The notes: generated from the sequence alone by a model not told the origin. A stretch of DNA of 33,715 bases from an uncultured Bacillales bacterium (GCA_946402785.1 CAMIXP010000001.1:1-33715), one strand, 5' to 3'. Positions 1 to 9,232 are shown, numbered from the stretch's first letter. Numbers and translations are program-made.

Positions 1-277
1 ATGAGTGTCCAATCATAATTGGCTTTTTAACTTGAACCTGATTTAAAAAATCTTCTAACATTTCATTATAATTTGACATGGTCCATGCTTCTTTTGGTTC
101 TTCACTTTGTCCAAATCCTGGTAAATCTAGGATGGTTATTCGATATCGATCACTGAATGGATCTCCTAATGGCTTCATCATTTCAATATTTTGTCCCCAT
201 CCATGTAAAAGAACAATATCTTTTCCTTTTCCATATTGTACATAATTAATTTTTAACCCTTTTACACTTATTTCCAT
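1..277 (-). CDS. alpha/beta-fold hydrolase, N-terminal part (C-terminus runs off the window)
   Basis: ATG at 275-277 preceded by AGGAAGTGA. Translation is MEISVKGLKINYVQYGKGKDIVLLHGWGQN...ITILDLPGFGQSE...PIMIGHS. It shows the HG oxyanion motif and the start of the G-H-S-x-G nucleophile elbow. The frame is open to position 1. Not in the ORF track because it is truncated. Confidence 0.7.
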   Translation of the reverse strand, partial: MEISVKGLKINYVQYGKGKDIVLLHGWGQNIEMMKPLGDPFSDRYRITILDLPGFGQSEEPKEAWTMSNYNEMLEDFLNQVQVKKPIMIGHS

Positions 278-395
278 TGAATCACTTCCTATTAAATTAT
301 ACCATATAACCTTATATATAGAATAGAAAAACCCTTCTTTTTACAGGACTTTGTTTTATCATATTGTAAAGTATCAAATTTTTTTCTTTTTCAAT

Positions 396-424
396 CTTGT
401 GTGGTTGATTTTTTATGCTATAAT
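396..424 (+). promoter_or_regulatory. candidate sigma-A promoter for 451..1668
   Basis: Extended -10 TGcTATAAT at 416-424. Weak -35 (cTTGTG) about 17 nt upstream. Confidence 0.45.
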
Positions 425-450
425 TATAGTGTATTATAGTAGGTGATAAG

Positions 451-1668
451 ATGATAACAGTGTACAATAAGATTGAAAAATCTATGGAAAACACAAGCGG
501 TTTCCAAGTCGTTCCTAATTACGACTCACTAGAGAGACCATTTCTATTGTGTCTTTCCCCTCAAAACAATTTGAGTAAAAGCATCTATGGAATTATGAGA
601 GAAGGAGCTCAAGCTGCTAGAATTCTTACTACCCAAGGGGTTGCTGGAAGATTCAAATTAGATGAATTCCCTGCAGACATTCTAGGTGTAAGATTTGAAA
701 GTGATGATCAATATCAACAAGCTTATACAGAAATTGCAGATAAGTTTCTACATCCATTCCTTATGCAGAAAGGACAACGCTTCGACATTGTTCGTAAACA
801 AGCAAGAAAAATTAACATTTTTGCTTACTGCGATGGAGTATATACTTATAAAGGTATAGAAGAACGTCTAGAAACATCATTAGAAAGAGATGGATATAAT
901 GCTGAAGAAATTCATGGCATTCTATCTCAAATTTCTTTAACTGCATTAGAAAGTTTAGTTGAAACTGGTAGTTTACATGCTACTTCTGCTGCATTCATTG
1001 ATGTAAATGATAAAGAAATTGAATGTGATAAGACGGATAGTTACCGTAGTTTATTAGGATCTGAGGAACAAAATTCTGTATTCTCTCCTCTTGGTAATAG
1101 TAATGGTGTTCTATACATTTATAGAGGAAATGGTATCCATAAAGTAAAAGCATTCTTTAAAGATGAAAGCAATATTGCAAAACCAGCTGTTTGTGGTGTT
1201 GTATCTATGTTCTTAGAGAATTCCTTAGAAAATTCTTTAGGTGGAGAATTATCAGAAGTTAGTGTTAATCAAATCATGGCTCAAATTGAACGTTTTGAAA
1301 ATGAAGATGTTTCTCCAAATGAATTATTAGATCGTTTGGATGAAGCTTTGGTTTATAACCATGCTCCTCGTTACTCTGAGGAAACGGCTCAAGTTAAGAT
1401 GGAACTTGATTCTGCTTACAAATTACTTCGTAAGACAAATCAAGCATTTATCCATTCTTTAAATTATAGACAAGGCCAAGATTTAAGATTAAGTTCTGTC
1501 ATTCGTGGTATTCATGAATTTAGTAGTGATGTTACATTTGAACAAATCTTAACTTATGCTCATATGTGGCAACCAAAAGATGGTAAAGATGTGTTATCTC
1601 TACCAAGTGATAAACAAGTTCGTTTATCTATCTTCTCAAATGATAATATAGGAAAAGAAGTAGACTAA
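451..1668 (+). CDS. hypothetical cytoplasmic protein, 405 aa, no family recognised
   Basis: ATG at 451 lies 4 nt after AGGTGA. Long ORF followed by a strong terminator, so it is monocistronic. Codon choice (cgt/ggt/gct/tct) and G+C look higher than in neighbouring genes. Confidence 0.8.
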   Translation: MITVYNKIEKSMENTSGFQVVPNYDSLERPFLLCLSPQNNLSKSIYGIMREGAQAARILTTQGVAGRFKLDEFPADILGVRFESDDQYQQAYTEIADKFLHPFLMQKGQRFDIVRKQARKINIFAYCDGVYTYKGIEERLETSLERDGYNAEEIHGILSQISLTALESLVETGSLHATSAAFIDVNDKEIECDKTDSYRSLLGSEEQNSVFSPLGNSNGVLYIYRGNGIHKVKAFFKDESNIAKPAVCGVVSMFLENSLENSLGGELSEVSVNQIMAQIERFENEDVSPNELLDRLDEALVYNHAPRYSEETAQVKMELDSAYKLLRKTNQAFIHSLNYRQGQDLRLSSVIRGIHEFSSDVTFEQILTYAHMWQPKDGKDVLSLPSDKQVRLSIFSNDNIGKEVD

Positions 1669-1686
1669 AAAGTCTACTTTTTTTTT
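1660..1686 (+). terminator. rho-independent terminator
   Basis: GTAGACT-aaaa-AGTCTAC hairpin followed by a run of 9 T. Confidence 0.85.
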
Positions 1687-1731
1687 GGCGTTTGTGATAC
1701 AATTTTATTGTATAATCGTAGGAGGAAACTT

Positions 1732-2508
1732 ATGAGTAAAAAAAGTGCAATTATCCTTATTATTGTTTTAGTATTCATCCTTATTGGTGGAGGAGTTTAT
1801 TATTTATGGGAGTATACAGAGGTATTTGGTAAAAAAATGATTCCTATTAAAGTAGAATCCATTACTATCCAATATACACCTGGTTTTTCTGTTAAAGATG
1901 CGAATACATTTAATCAAGATGAAAAGAAAACAGTAGAAAAGCAAGTTCTTTCCTTAAAAGGAAATGACTTCAAGAATCTTAAGAGAGTTGTGAAAGGAAT
2001 CAAAAAAGGAAAGAATCTATCTGGAGAAGTCTTTAAAGATGAGGCAGAAATCGTTATTAATGATAAAATTACAGTACAAATCAGTGATGGCGTTGGATAT
2101 GTTCAAAAAGGAAAATCCAAGACCAAAGTAAAAGTACCTCATTCTTGTTATGAAGAAGTAATGAAGATGATTGATAAGAATAATCAAAAAGTCATTCAAA
2201 ACTTTACGGCAGAAGCTGTTACCGTTAAAATAGATGGAGCTTCTATTGCAATTAAGAATCCAGATAATTTAAAATACATCAATGATTCATTTGCTTACTA
2301 CCCTGTTACAATCGATATTCCCTATTCTGAATATGAAAATGGATATCAAGCAGAAGTTATCTTAAATGATAAAAGAATTTATTTATATAAAGATCGTATT
2401 GGATATATTGTTCAAAAAGAAGGAGAACAAGATACCAGTACTTATGTCGTATTCATAGAAGACTTATATGATTTAATTCAACAGATTTATCAAAAGTCGA
2501 TTGCCTAA
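1732..2508 (+). CDS. membrane-anchored hypothetical protein
   Basis: The ORF-track start at 1708 is TTG. ATG at 1732 lies 7 nt after AGGAGG and gives MSKKSAIILIIVLVFILIGGGVYYLW, an N-terminal TM anchor. The rest is a Lys-rich soluble domain. Confidence 0.75.
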   Translation: MSKKSAIILIIVLVFILIGGGVYYLWEYTEVFGKKMIPIKVESITIQYTPGFSVKDANTFNQDEKKTVEKQVLSLKGNDFKNLKRVVKGIKKGKNLSGEVFKDEAEIVINDKITVQISDGVGYVQKGKSKTKVKVPHSCYEEVMKMIDKNNQKVIQNFTAEAVTVKIDGASIAIKNPDNLKYINDSFAYYPVTIDIPYSEYENGYQAEVILNDKRIYLYKDRIGYIVQKEGEQDTSTYVVFIEDLYDLIQQIYQKSIA

Positions 2509-2537
2509 AAAAAAGAACTAACATAAGTTCTTTTTTT
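2507..2537. terminator. bidirectional terminator between convergent genes
   Basis: A8-AGAACT-aacata-AGTTCT-T7. The stop codons of both convergent ORFs abut or enter the hairpin. Confidence 0.8.
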
Positions 2538-3336
2538 GATATACATAGCCTTCCTCTTTTGGAATAAATTCGAAACTTTTTTCAAAGATTCTTTTCTCTT
2601 TGTCCATCTCATCTCGTGTTCGATAATGTAATTTACTACAAATAACACTACCACCCGGTCTTATCAATCGATCTAAGTTTTCATAGGCGATTTGAATCTT
2701 TTCAGGATCCACTTTTGATGAATCCAAGATATTGGAGATTAATCCAATATCATATTGTTTTGGTAAATGAAATTCTTCAAATAAATTAATGGGATAAAAT
2801 GTTAATTCTGGACTTAGACATTCTACTAGTTCTTCTGGTTTTGTGAATAATGTTCTACCTTCTGGCTGCATTTCTAAATCGTAGAATAATTGATCCATTT
2901 GTGTATTATCATGTACATGAAGTTCAAAATAATGTTTTGCTAAAGCTTCTTGTTCATTTCTTGGTTGTACCCATCCTAATAAATAATATAACCAAGTATT
3001 ATCCCCATCCATGATTTTTGGATATAATAATCTTCTATATTTTAATGTCCATAATCTTAAATAAAAATAATAGATTGTTAATGGATTGTAGTCAAAAGAA
3101 TCTACTGTTTTTGCATCTAAGTAACGAGCTGTTAAAACTTGGTCACCGGATGCTAAAACAGATATGACGTCTTTATCTTTAAAATCAACATCTAGATAAG
3201 CATCTACTAAATCTTCATTTGTTTTATAGAATGTTTTGTTATAACCATCTACTTTTTTTCCGAAGGAAATAACTCTACTGACTAGATAGTCTTTATTAAA
3301 ATCACGTACTTCACTCATTGAAATTACTTTTCCCAT
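2518..3336 (-). CDS. DUF3419-like SAM-dependent methyltransferase-fold protein
   Basis: The track start at 3345 is GTG. ATG at 3336 lies 8 nt after AAGGGG. VISVLASGDQVLTARYL...VDSFDYNPLTIYYFYLRLW resembles the DUF3419/BtaA-type SAM-binding segment. LIRPGGSVI is present C-terminally. Confidence 0.5.
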   Translation of the reverse strand: MGKVISMSEVRDFNKDYLVSRVISFGKKVDGYNKTFYKTNEDLVDAYLDVDFKDKDVISVLASGDQVLTARYLDAKTVDSFDYNPLTIYYFYLRLWTLKYRRLLYPKIMDGDNTWLYYLLGWVQPRNEQEALAKHYFELHVHDNTQMDQLFYDLEMQPEGRTLFTKPEELVECLSPELTFYPINLFEEFHLPKQYDIGLISNILDSSKVDPEKIQIAYENLDRLIRPGGSVICSKLHYRTRDEMDKEKRIFEKSFEFIPKEEGYVYQKKNLC

Positions 3337-3362
3337 TTTTTCCACCCCTTAATTGGTTGCTT

Positions 3363-3391
3363 ATTATACCATTTTTCCTTGTTTTTGTCAA
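3363..3391 (-). promoter_or_regulatory. sigma-A promoter for 2518..3336
   Basis: Minus strand reads TTGACA-N17-TGgTATAAT (-35 at 3386-3391, -10 at 3363-3368). Confidence 0.65.
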
Positions 3392-3401
3392 AAATAGGCA
3401 C

Positions 3402-3425
3402 AAAAAAACTAGTCATAGGCTAGTT
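3402..3425 (-). terminator. terminator of the tRNA-Cys/tRNA-Gly unit
   Basis: Minus strand reads AACTAG-cctatga-CTAGTT followed by T7. Confidence 0.75.
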
Positions 3426-3434
3426 CATTTTCAA

Positions 3435-3510
3435 TGGAGCGAACGGGGGGAATTGAACCCCTATCACAGCCTTGGCAAGGCCGTATTCTAACCATTGAAC
3501 CACGTTCGCA
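3435..3510 (-). tRNA. tRNA-Gly (GCC)
   Basis: The reverse complement GCGAACG...CGTTCGC-T-CCA folds as a cloverleaf. Anticodon stem is CGGCC/GGCTG with loop TTGCCAA. The T-loop is TTCAATT. CCA is encoded. Confidence 0.9.
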
Positions 3511-3517
3511 AAAAAAA

Positions 3518-3591
3518 TGGAGGGGCCTACCGGATTTGAACCGGTGATCAGGGTGTTGCAGACCCACGCCTTACCGCTTGGCTAAAGCCCC
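3518..3591 (-). tRNA. tRNA-Cys (GCA)
   Basis: Reverse complement is GGGGCTT...AGGCCCC-T-CCA. Anticodon loop is CTGCAAC. T-arm is ACCGG-TTCAAAT-CCGGT. Discriminator is U73. CCA is encoded. Confidence 0.9.
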
Positions 3592-3605
3592 ACTTCCTGT
3601 TTAAT

Positions 3606-3634
3606 ATTATAGCAATAATCTTATTAAAAAACAA
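3606..3634 (-). promoter_or_regulatory. candidate promoter of the tRNA unit
   Basis: Minus strand reads TTGttt-N17-TGcTATAAT, ending about 15 nt before the tRNA-Cys 5' end. Confidence 0.5.
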
Positions 3635-3643
3635 CCAAAATAT

Positions 3644-3667
3644 AAAAAAAAGAAGTATTTCTACTTC
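3644..3667 (-). terminator. terminator after 3661..4854
   Basis: Minus strand reads GAAGTA-gaaa-TACTTC followed by T8. It overlaps the stop codon. Confidence 0.75.
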
Positions 3668-4854
3668 CATAAATCATAAATATTCTGATAATTGTATTTT
3701 AATTCATTATACTCTACGATTTTTCTTAATCCTAAATCTTCTTGATAAAGATATAAGGTATCGTCTTGTAGAAGAATCCATTCTTTTTCTTTTATTTTCC
3801 ACTCTACTACATTTTCTAAGTTGAATTGTTCTACTCGATTCATTCCTTTTATTTGACTATAGAAGGAATTGGATTCTTGGAAATAATAGATATTTTCTTC
3901 TAATTGGATGTTTTCAGATTCAGATATTTTCTTATTTTTAACAGGATTCCCTGTGAAAAATTGTTTTTTGGGAAAGAAATCTGTAATCTTCATGGTTTCT
4001 TTTTGATTATCTTTGATTATGATATATCCATTTTCAGGATTTCCTACTTCTAGTAATTCTTCTTTTTTAACATTCAATGTATACTGTTTCTTTTTCTTTT
4101 GATCGGTAATATAGATAATATCCCCTACTACTCCATTAATATAGGAATTTTTCTCTATTTTATCTTTTAAAGTAATCACTTTGTATTTTCCTTTTTTTAA
4201 GTCATAGCAATGGACTTTTTCAATTCCATTTACGGATGTATTTTCAAACATGACATAGTATCTTTTTGTTGTGGTTGCCATCAAATTATCATATAAATCA
4301 TAATCTAGGAATTTTTGATAAGAATTTTTATTTCTTTCTAAGATGATAATTCCTTTATAATCCCATAAGATGATTGCTTGATCATGAGGAATATTATTAG
4401 AATAAACTATTAAATTCTTATAATCTTGTTTGGTTTCACTTTCTTTAGATCCTTTTATTTTTTCTTTTTTCATGATTTTTTGAAAATCTTCATTTTCTTT
4501 TAGCATCTCATTGGATACTTGTATATTTCCTTTTCTGCAGTAGATTTGTTTTTCTTGGTTTTCTCGATAAGTAGGTATGATACAAGTTAGATCATTTTTC
4601 TTAATTGTTTTGATATTCGTAATGATTTTCCCTTTTTTATGAAGATCTGCTTTTAGAATATAGGAATACTCTTCTTTTCCTTTTTTCATGAAAAAAGTAT
4701 ATTGATGGTTTTTATTTTTTACTAAAAAAGATTCTTTTATATCATATCCATCTACTTTATAGGAAGTCTCTCTTTCTTTTAAAAAGGCTTTATAAAGAAT
4801 GGGTAACATCATAATGATGATAATTGTGATGATATATTGTTTATACTTTTTCAT
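3661..4854 (-). CDS. membrane-anchored hypothetical protein (beta-rich ectodomain)
   Basis: The track start is TTG. ATG at 4854 follows GGTGAGG and gives MKKYKQYIITIIIIMMLPILY, a TM anchor. The remainder is rich in K/Y/I beta-strand-like repeats. No family recognised. Confidence 0.7.
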   Translation of the reverse strand: MKKYKQYIITIIIIMMLPILYKAFLKERETSYKVDGYDIKESFLVKNKNHQYTFFMKKGKEEYSYILKADLHKKGKIITNIKTIKKNDLTCIIPTYRENQEKQIYCRKGNIQVSNEMLKENEDFQKIMKKEKIKGSKESETKQDYKNLIVYSNNIPHDQAIILWDYKGIIILERNKNSYQKFLDYDLYDNLMATTTKRYYVMFENTSVNGIEKVHCYDLKKGKYKVITLKDKIEKNSYINGVVGDIIYITDQKKKKQYTLNVKKEELLEVGNPENGYIIIKDNQKETMKITDFFPKKQFFTGNPVKNKKISESENIQLEENIYYFQESNSFYSQIKGMNRVEQFNLENVVEWKIKEKEWILLQDDTLYLYQEDLGLRKIVEYNELKYNYQNIYDLWK

Positions 4855-4896
4855 AAGCCTCACCATTATCATTATAGCAAACAAAAAGACTATTCT

Positions 4897-5349
4897 CTAG
4901 TCTTTTTCATTATCCTCTCTTTTGCCATACTTTTTCTTTTCTTCCATCATATAGCTTGTGATTTGTGTTTCTATTTCTGTTAAAGAATCTTTACTTAAGT
5001 TTGTAATGGTTACAAATTCTTTTACTGTATCAATATATACTTTTCCCCATAATAGACCACTTGATATTTTTAAATCATTATACATATCTGGTGTAATAGA
5101 GTTTAAGAAATAACCTACTAATACTCTTTTTCTACCAATTAAGATTCTTTTGTTTGTTAAGGCAATAACGGCTGTGTTAAAAATATTAAATGGATTATCA
5201 TTCTTTTGTCCAACAAATGCATAGATAACTTCTTCATCTGGATTGATGTGTCTTTCAACAACCGATGCGTTTTCTCTTAATCTCCATCCAATTGTCATTG
5301 GATATTTTTCTTTAAACTTTAATACTTTTTTGTATACAGATTCTCCCAT
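4897..5349 (-). CDS. bacterial PH-domain (bPH/YokE-like) protein
   Basis: ATG follows GAGGAGG. EEVIYAFVGQ...AVIALTNKRILIGRK matches the bacterial PH-domain strand pattern. Confidence 0.5.
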   Translation of the reverse strand: MGESVYKKVLKFKEKYPMTIGWRLRENASVVERHINPDEEVIYAFVGQKNDNPFNIFNTAVIALTNKRILIGRKRVLVGYFLNSITPDMYNDLKISSGLLWGKVYIDTVKEFVTITNLSKDSLTEIETQITSYMMEEKKKYGKREDNEKD

Positions 5350-5363
5350 TTTATTCCTCCTCT

Positions 5364-5900
5364 TTATTGAATCAAACCATTCTTTTGTAAGAATGAAACA
5401 TAATGTGCATAGTCTGTTAATCCATCTACTTTATCGGTGATAGTGGAATTATTCACTACTAATAGAAGTGGTGTTCCAAAACCATTTGTGAAGAATTCAT
5501 CTGATTGAAGGAAGTTTGCTTCCTCTTCTTCAGTAAATTCATCTGTATTTAAGTAGTTGATTTCTAAATTATACTCATAAGAAATCTTTTGTAGGATTGG
5601 TTCTGCAATTTGACAATACCCACAAGTTGGTCTTGCGACTAGAATTAATGTTGGTTTTAAACCATCACGATATTCTAAATAGTCTGCGACACGAATTTCT
5701 TTAAAATCTTTCTTTTCATTTTCTTTTACGCTTTCACTTTCTTGTTGTGCATTTGCTAAGATGGTTTGTGGATCATTGGATAATTCAGACTCTGTCACTG
5801 TTGTTGTTTTAGTAGATCCACTATCTATTAAGAAAGAAAGCCCTAATAATCCAACAATCACAATTGCTGCGACGATGATTAATACTTTATTCTCTTTCAT
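5364..5900 (-). CDS. membrane-anchored thioredoxin-fold protein
   Basis: The track start is TTG. ATG at 5900 follows GAGAGGAAG. There is an N-terminal TM helix (VLIIVAAIVIVGLLGL). The CxxC motif ARPTCGYCQ sits in a thioredoxin-like context. Confidence 0.75.
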   Translation of the reverse strand: MKENKVLIIVAAIVIVGLLGLSFLIDSGSTKTTTVTESELSNDPQTILANAQQESESVKENEKKDFKEIRVADYLEYRDGLKPTLILVARPTCGYCQIAEPILQKISYEYNLEINYLNTDEFTEEEEANFLQSDEFFTNGFGTPLLLVVNNSTITDKVDGLTDYAHYVSFLQKNGLIQ

Positions 5901-5949
5901 ATAATTCTTCCTCTCTTTCAATATAGTAAAATGATGGGTTTCTGTCAAC

Positions 5950-7539
5950 CTATTTTTCTACTCTATCGATATATTCTTCATAAGGAATTTGTCTATCAAT
6001 GATTTTTCCATCTTCTGTAATTTCAATGACACGATTGGCAACGGTTGCGTTTAATTCATAGTCACGCGTTGTGAATAAAATTTCTCCATCAAAATTACAT
6101 AATCCTTTATTTAAGGAAGTAATACTTTCTAGATCTAAGTGGTTTGTTGGTTCATCTAAGATTAAGAAGTTTGGTTGTTCTAGCATAATCTTTGATAACA
6201 TACATCTTGCTTTTTCTCCTCCAGACAATACATTTACTTTCTTAAATACATCGTCTCCTGAGAATAACATTCTTCCTAAGAATCCTCTTAATACGGTTTC
6301 ATCTTTAATATCATAGAAAGAACCAATCCATTCCATAATATTTTTTTCGGATTGGAAATATTTTGTATTATCTTGTGGAAGATATCCAGGATTTATTGTT
6401 TTTCCCCACTCAATGGTTCCTTTATCATACTTTTCTAATCCTGCTAAGATATTAAATAGAACTGTCTTTGCCATATCGTCTTTTGCAAGGAAACAAATTT
6501 TATCTCCTTTTAATACGGTAAAGGATACTTTATCTAATATTTTTTTACCATCGATTTCTTTGGTTAAGTTTTCTACTTTTAAGATTTCTTTTCCTGCTGG
6601 TTTTTCAATCTTAAAGTCAATAAATGGATATTTTCTACTACTTGGTACAATTTCATCTAATTCAATCTTTTCTAACATTTTCTTACGAGAGGTTGCTTGT
6701 TTTGATTTAGATGCATTTGCTGAGAATCTTGCGATGAATGCTTGTAGTTCTTTTATTTTTTCTTCTTTCTTACGATTAGACTCTTTCATTTGTTTTTGTA
6801 GTAAAACACTTGATTCATACCAGAAGTCATAGTTTCCAATATATAGTTTAATCTTGGTATAATCAATATCACAAATATGTGTACATACTTTATTTAAAAA
6901 GTGTCTATCATGGGAAACAATAATAACGGTATTATTAAAATTAATTAAGAATTCTTCTAACCAACGAATCGCTTCTAAGTCTAGCGAGTTGGTTGGTTCA
7001 TCTAATAGAAGAATATCTGGATTTCCAAATAAGCTTTGTGCTAGTAAAACTTTAACTCTTAGTTTTACTGGTATATCTTTCATTAATTGATAATGAACAT
7101 CTTCTGGTACTCCTAAATTGTTTAATAATTGAGCTGCATCTGGTTCTGCATTCCATCCATCTAATTCCATGAATTCTGCTTCTAGATTGGCTAGCTTCAT
7201 ACCATCTTCTTCTGAGAATTCTGTTTGTTGATACATCTTGTCTTTTTCTTCCATAATCTCATATAATTTGGTATTTCCCATAATAACGACATCTATTACT
7301 CTTTTTTCATCAAATTGATAGTGATCTTGTTTTAAGAAAGAAATTCTTTCTCCTTTTGATACAGTAATTTCTCCTGTCGTTGTCTCTAATTCTCCACTTA
7401 AAAGCTTTAGAAAAGTAGATTTTCCTGAACCATTCGCTCCTATTAATCCATAACAGTTACCATTGGTAAATTTTAAATTAACATCTTCAAATAAGGTTCT
7501 CTTTCCAAACTTTAAACTTACATTACTTACTTGTATCAT
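5950..7539 (-). CDS. ABC-F family ATPase (two tandem ABC domains, no TM domain)
   Basis: Two Walker A motifs (GANGSGKST and a degenerate second one). Two signature/Walker B pairs (LLLDEPTNSLD, LSGGEKARCML...LILDEPTNHLD). A K/E-rich interdomain linker is present. ATG follows GAGGTGA. Confidence 0.9.
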   Translation of the reverse strand: MIQVSNVSLKFGKRTLFEDVNLKFTNGNCYGLIGANGSGKSTFLKLLSGELETTTGEITVSKGERISFLKQDHYQFDEKRVIDVVIMGNTKLYEIMEEKDKMYQQTEFSEEDGMKLANLEAEFMELDGWNAEPDAAQLLNNLGVPEDVHYQLMKDIPVKLRVKVLLAQSLFGNPDILLLDEPTNSLDLEAIRWLEEFLINFNNTVIIVSHDRHFLNKVCTHICDIDYTKIKLYIGNYDFWYESSVLLQKQMKESNRKKEEKIKELQAFIARFSANASKSKQATSRKKMLEKIELDEIVPSSRKYPFIDFKIEKPAGKEILKVENLTKEIDGKKILDKVSFTVLKGDKICFLAKDDMAKTVLFNILAGLEKYDKGTIEWGKTINPGYLPQDNTKYFQSEKNIMEWIGSFYDIKDETVLRGFLGRMLFSGDDVFKKVNVLSGGEKARCMLSKIMLEQPNFLILDEPTNHLDLESITSLNKGLCNFDGEILFTTRDYELNATVANRVIEITEDGKIIDRQIPYEEYIDRVEK

Positions 7540-7593
7540 TGAATCACCTCGAAACTTCTTATATTTTACCGTAAAAACAAAAAAAAGACAAGT

Positions 7594-8268
7594 TTAACTC
7601 ATCTTCTTTACTAGTTCTTTCACGTTTTCTTGTCCTCTTAATAATTCAATTAAAAAGCTACTTGTTCTTTCATCCATATCTTTTAGACTTAATAGTTTTT
7701 TTACTTCATTAATCGTTGCTTGTGGAACACGAGATTTTCTTAAATCTGCTGCAATTAATTCTGTAATTAACAAGTGAATTTGAAATTGATTTAATTTTTC
7801 TAGACTCTTTGTATTTCCTAATTCTAAACGGCTATATCCTGCTGGATTAACTAAGTATATTTCTCCATTATATAAAACATATCCTGGATTGATTCCATTT
7901 AATAATACTTTCTTTTGACTTAATGTCTCATTGTCTCGTTCTAAAGCAGCGACACCTTCAATTAATTCTCTTTTTGGTGCAATTGTAATTCGTTTACCAG
8001 AACCTTTTTGTGTTACTAATTTCATAGAATAGCCTTTAAATAAAGAACTATTATAAATTAATAATTGTCTTGGTAATAAGATTCTTGCTGTCGATATTCT
8101 TGTAAAATAATCGGCTGTTTGTTTGTCGATTGGTTCTTCTCCGTCTCTAAATACACGAATGGCCATATTCTTATATCGATATACATCTCCTGCTTTGGTA
8201 CTAGGAGTAAAACTTATTTTTTTCAAGTTGGACAATTCGATTTCTTGATTTCCTAATCGATATCCCAT
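7594..8268 (-). CDS. small protein-kinase-like fold protein with degenerate catalytic motifs
   Basis: Aligns by eye with the 30816..31514 product: GDVYRY..MAIRVF vs GQEGVCYLL...VIKLL, and VLLNGINPGYVLYNGEIYLVNP vs ILIQDFHPGNMIYDGERFKIIDT. The Lys, catalytic Asp, Asn and metal-binding Asp positions are R, G, Y and N here. Confidence 0.45.
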   Translation of the reverse strand: MGYRLGNQEIELSNLKKISFTPSTKAGDVYRYKNMAIRVFRDGEEPIDKQTADYFTRISTARILLPRQLLIYNSSLFKGYSMKLVTQKGSGKRITIAPKRELIEGVAALERDNETLSQKKVLLNGINPGYVLYNGEIYLVNPAGYSRLELGNTKSLEKLNQFQIHLLITELIAADLRKSRVPQATINEVKKLLSLKDMDERTSSFLIELLRGQENVKELVKKMS

Positions 8269-8307
8269 ATATTCACGTCTCCCTTTGCAATTAGTTATTA
8301 TAACATA

Positions 8308-8898
8308 CTATCTATAAAAGTTTGAAACAAATTTTGCAAATCCATATAGAATAATAGAACTTTTGTTAATGGCAAAGCTCTTACCGATTGCTTTTCCCCC
8401 GATTGTTAATGCTGCAATCATAGCTGCTACTGTTAGTGTGGTAGGTAATACTGGAAAACTTGCTTCCTTAATTAATATAGCTGCGATGGTTGTTCCTGCA
8501 GCTCCTGAAATGATACCACAAATATCTCCTATGACGTCACAACAGAAACTAGATACTTTATCAGCACTTTTCTTAAACTTCACTGCAACAGAAGCTCCTT
8601 TTACTTTTCTAGAACTCATGGAATGAAAGATAGCTTCATCAGCTGTTGTAACAGAAACTCCAATAATATCAAATAGAATACCTAATAATATAAATAATAA
8701 GGTAATGATAATCCCTGCCCATAATGGAAATTTAGGAATCGTCATTTCTGATATAAAAGACATAAAGAAAGAGATCATAAAGGAAACAATTAAGACGATT
8801 ATAATCCATTTCCAATCTACTTTTTCTTTCTTAATTTTTTCTTTCTTTTTGGTTACTTCTATTAAATTTTTTAATTCACTTTGTTTTTTTTCTTTCAT
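8308..8898 (-). CDS. four-TM membrane protein, DUF21/CNNM-TM-like (about 21 kDa)
   Basis: Four hydrophobic helices. The segment TTADEAIFHSMSSRKVKGASVAV...VIGDICGIISGAAG resembles a stand-alone CorB/CNNM DUF21 core. Its start overlaps the upstream stop (ATGA), indicating translational coupling. Confidence 0.4.
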   Translation of the reverse strand: MKEKKQSELKNLIEVTKKKEKIKKEKVDWKWIIIVLIVSFMISFFMSFISEMTIPKFPLWAGIIITLLFILLGILFDIIGVSVTTADEAIFHSMSSRKVKGASVAVKFKKSADKVSSFCCDVIGDICGIISGAAGTTIAAILIKEASFPVLPTTLTVAAMIAALTIGGKAIGKSFAINKSSIILYGFAKFVSNFYR

Positions 8899-9206
8899 TT
8901 AACTCTCCTTGGATCTAATACAATTACTTGGTCATCATCTTTAAACATTTCTTGTAGTTCATCTAATTGTTGTTCTCTTTGTTTATCTTCTTCATCAAAA
9001 CGACTATAGGTTACATGAATGGTTGGATTTGCTTTTAGATTCTCTACCATCTGACGTAGTCTTCTTTCTGATACAAATGCTTTCATAGCAAAGGGACGAA
9101 TAGACATTACTTTTTGTCCTTTATCTGCTCTTTCCCATTTGATTTCTTCATATAAATCTCTATCGTCTTGTCTTCCTTGTATGATTTCAAATCTTTTATC
9201 GTCCAT
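8895..9206 (-). CDS. hypothetical charged cytoplasmic protein, 103 aa
   Basis: ATG follows AGGTGAG. The stop overlaps the start of the next gene. No family recognised. Confidence 0.7.
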   Translation of the reverse strand: MDDKRFEIIQGRQDDRDLYEEIKWERADKGQKVMSIRPFAMKAFVSERRLRQMVENLKANPTIHVTYSRFDEEDKQREQQLDELQEMFKDDDQVIVLDPRRVK

Positions 9207-9232
9207 TGTTTCTCACCTGGTTTCATTATATC

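Noticed and set aside
312-494. 60-aa minus-strand ORF overlapping the promoter and start of 451..1668
   Set aside because: It spans an intergenic promoter region and has no SD. Its product is low-complexity I/L/K/Y-rich, and it conflicts with a well-supported plus-strand gene start.
6071-6832. Antisense ORFs within the ABC-F gene (6071..6316, 6413..6832). The same applies to similar shadow ORFs opposite the kinase, ClpB, permease and other genes, e.g. 10572..11435, 21039..22838 and 26040..26357.
   Set aside because: They lie opposite long, motif-rich genes, lack SD sequences and have low-complexity S/F/L-rich products. This is typical of the complementary strand of AT-rich coding DNA.
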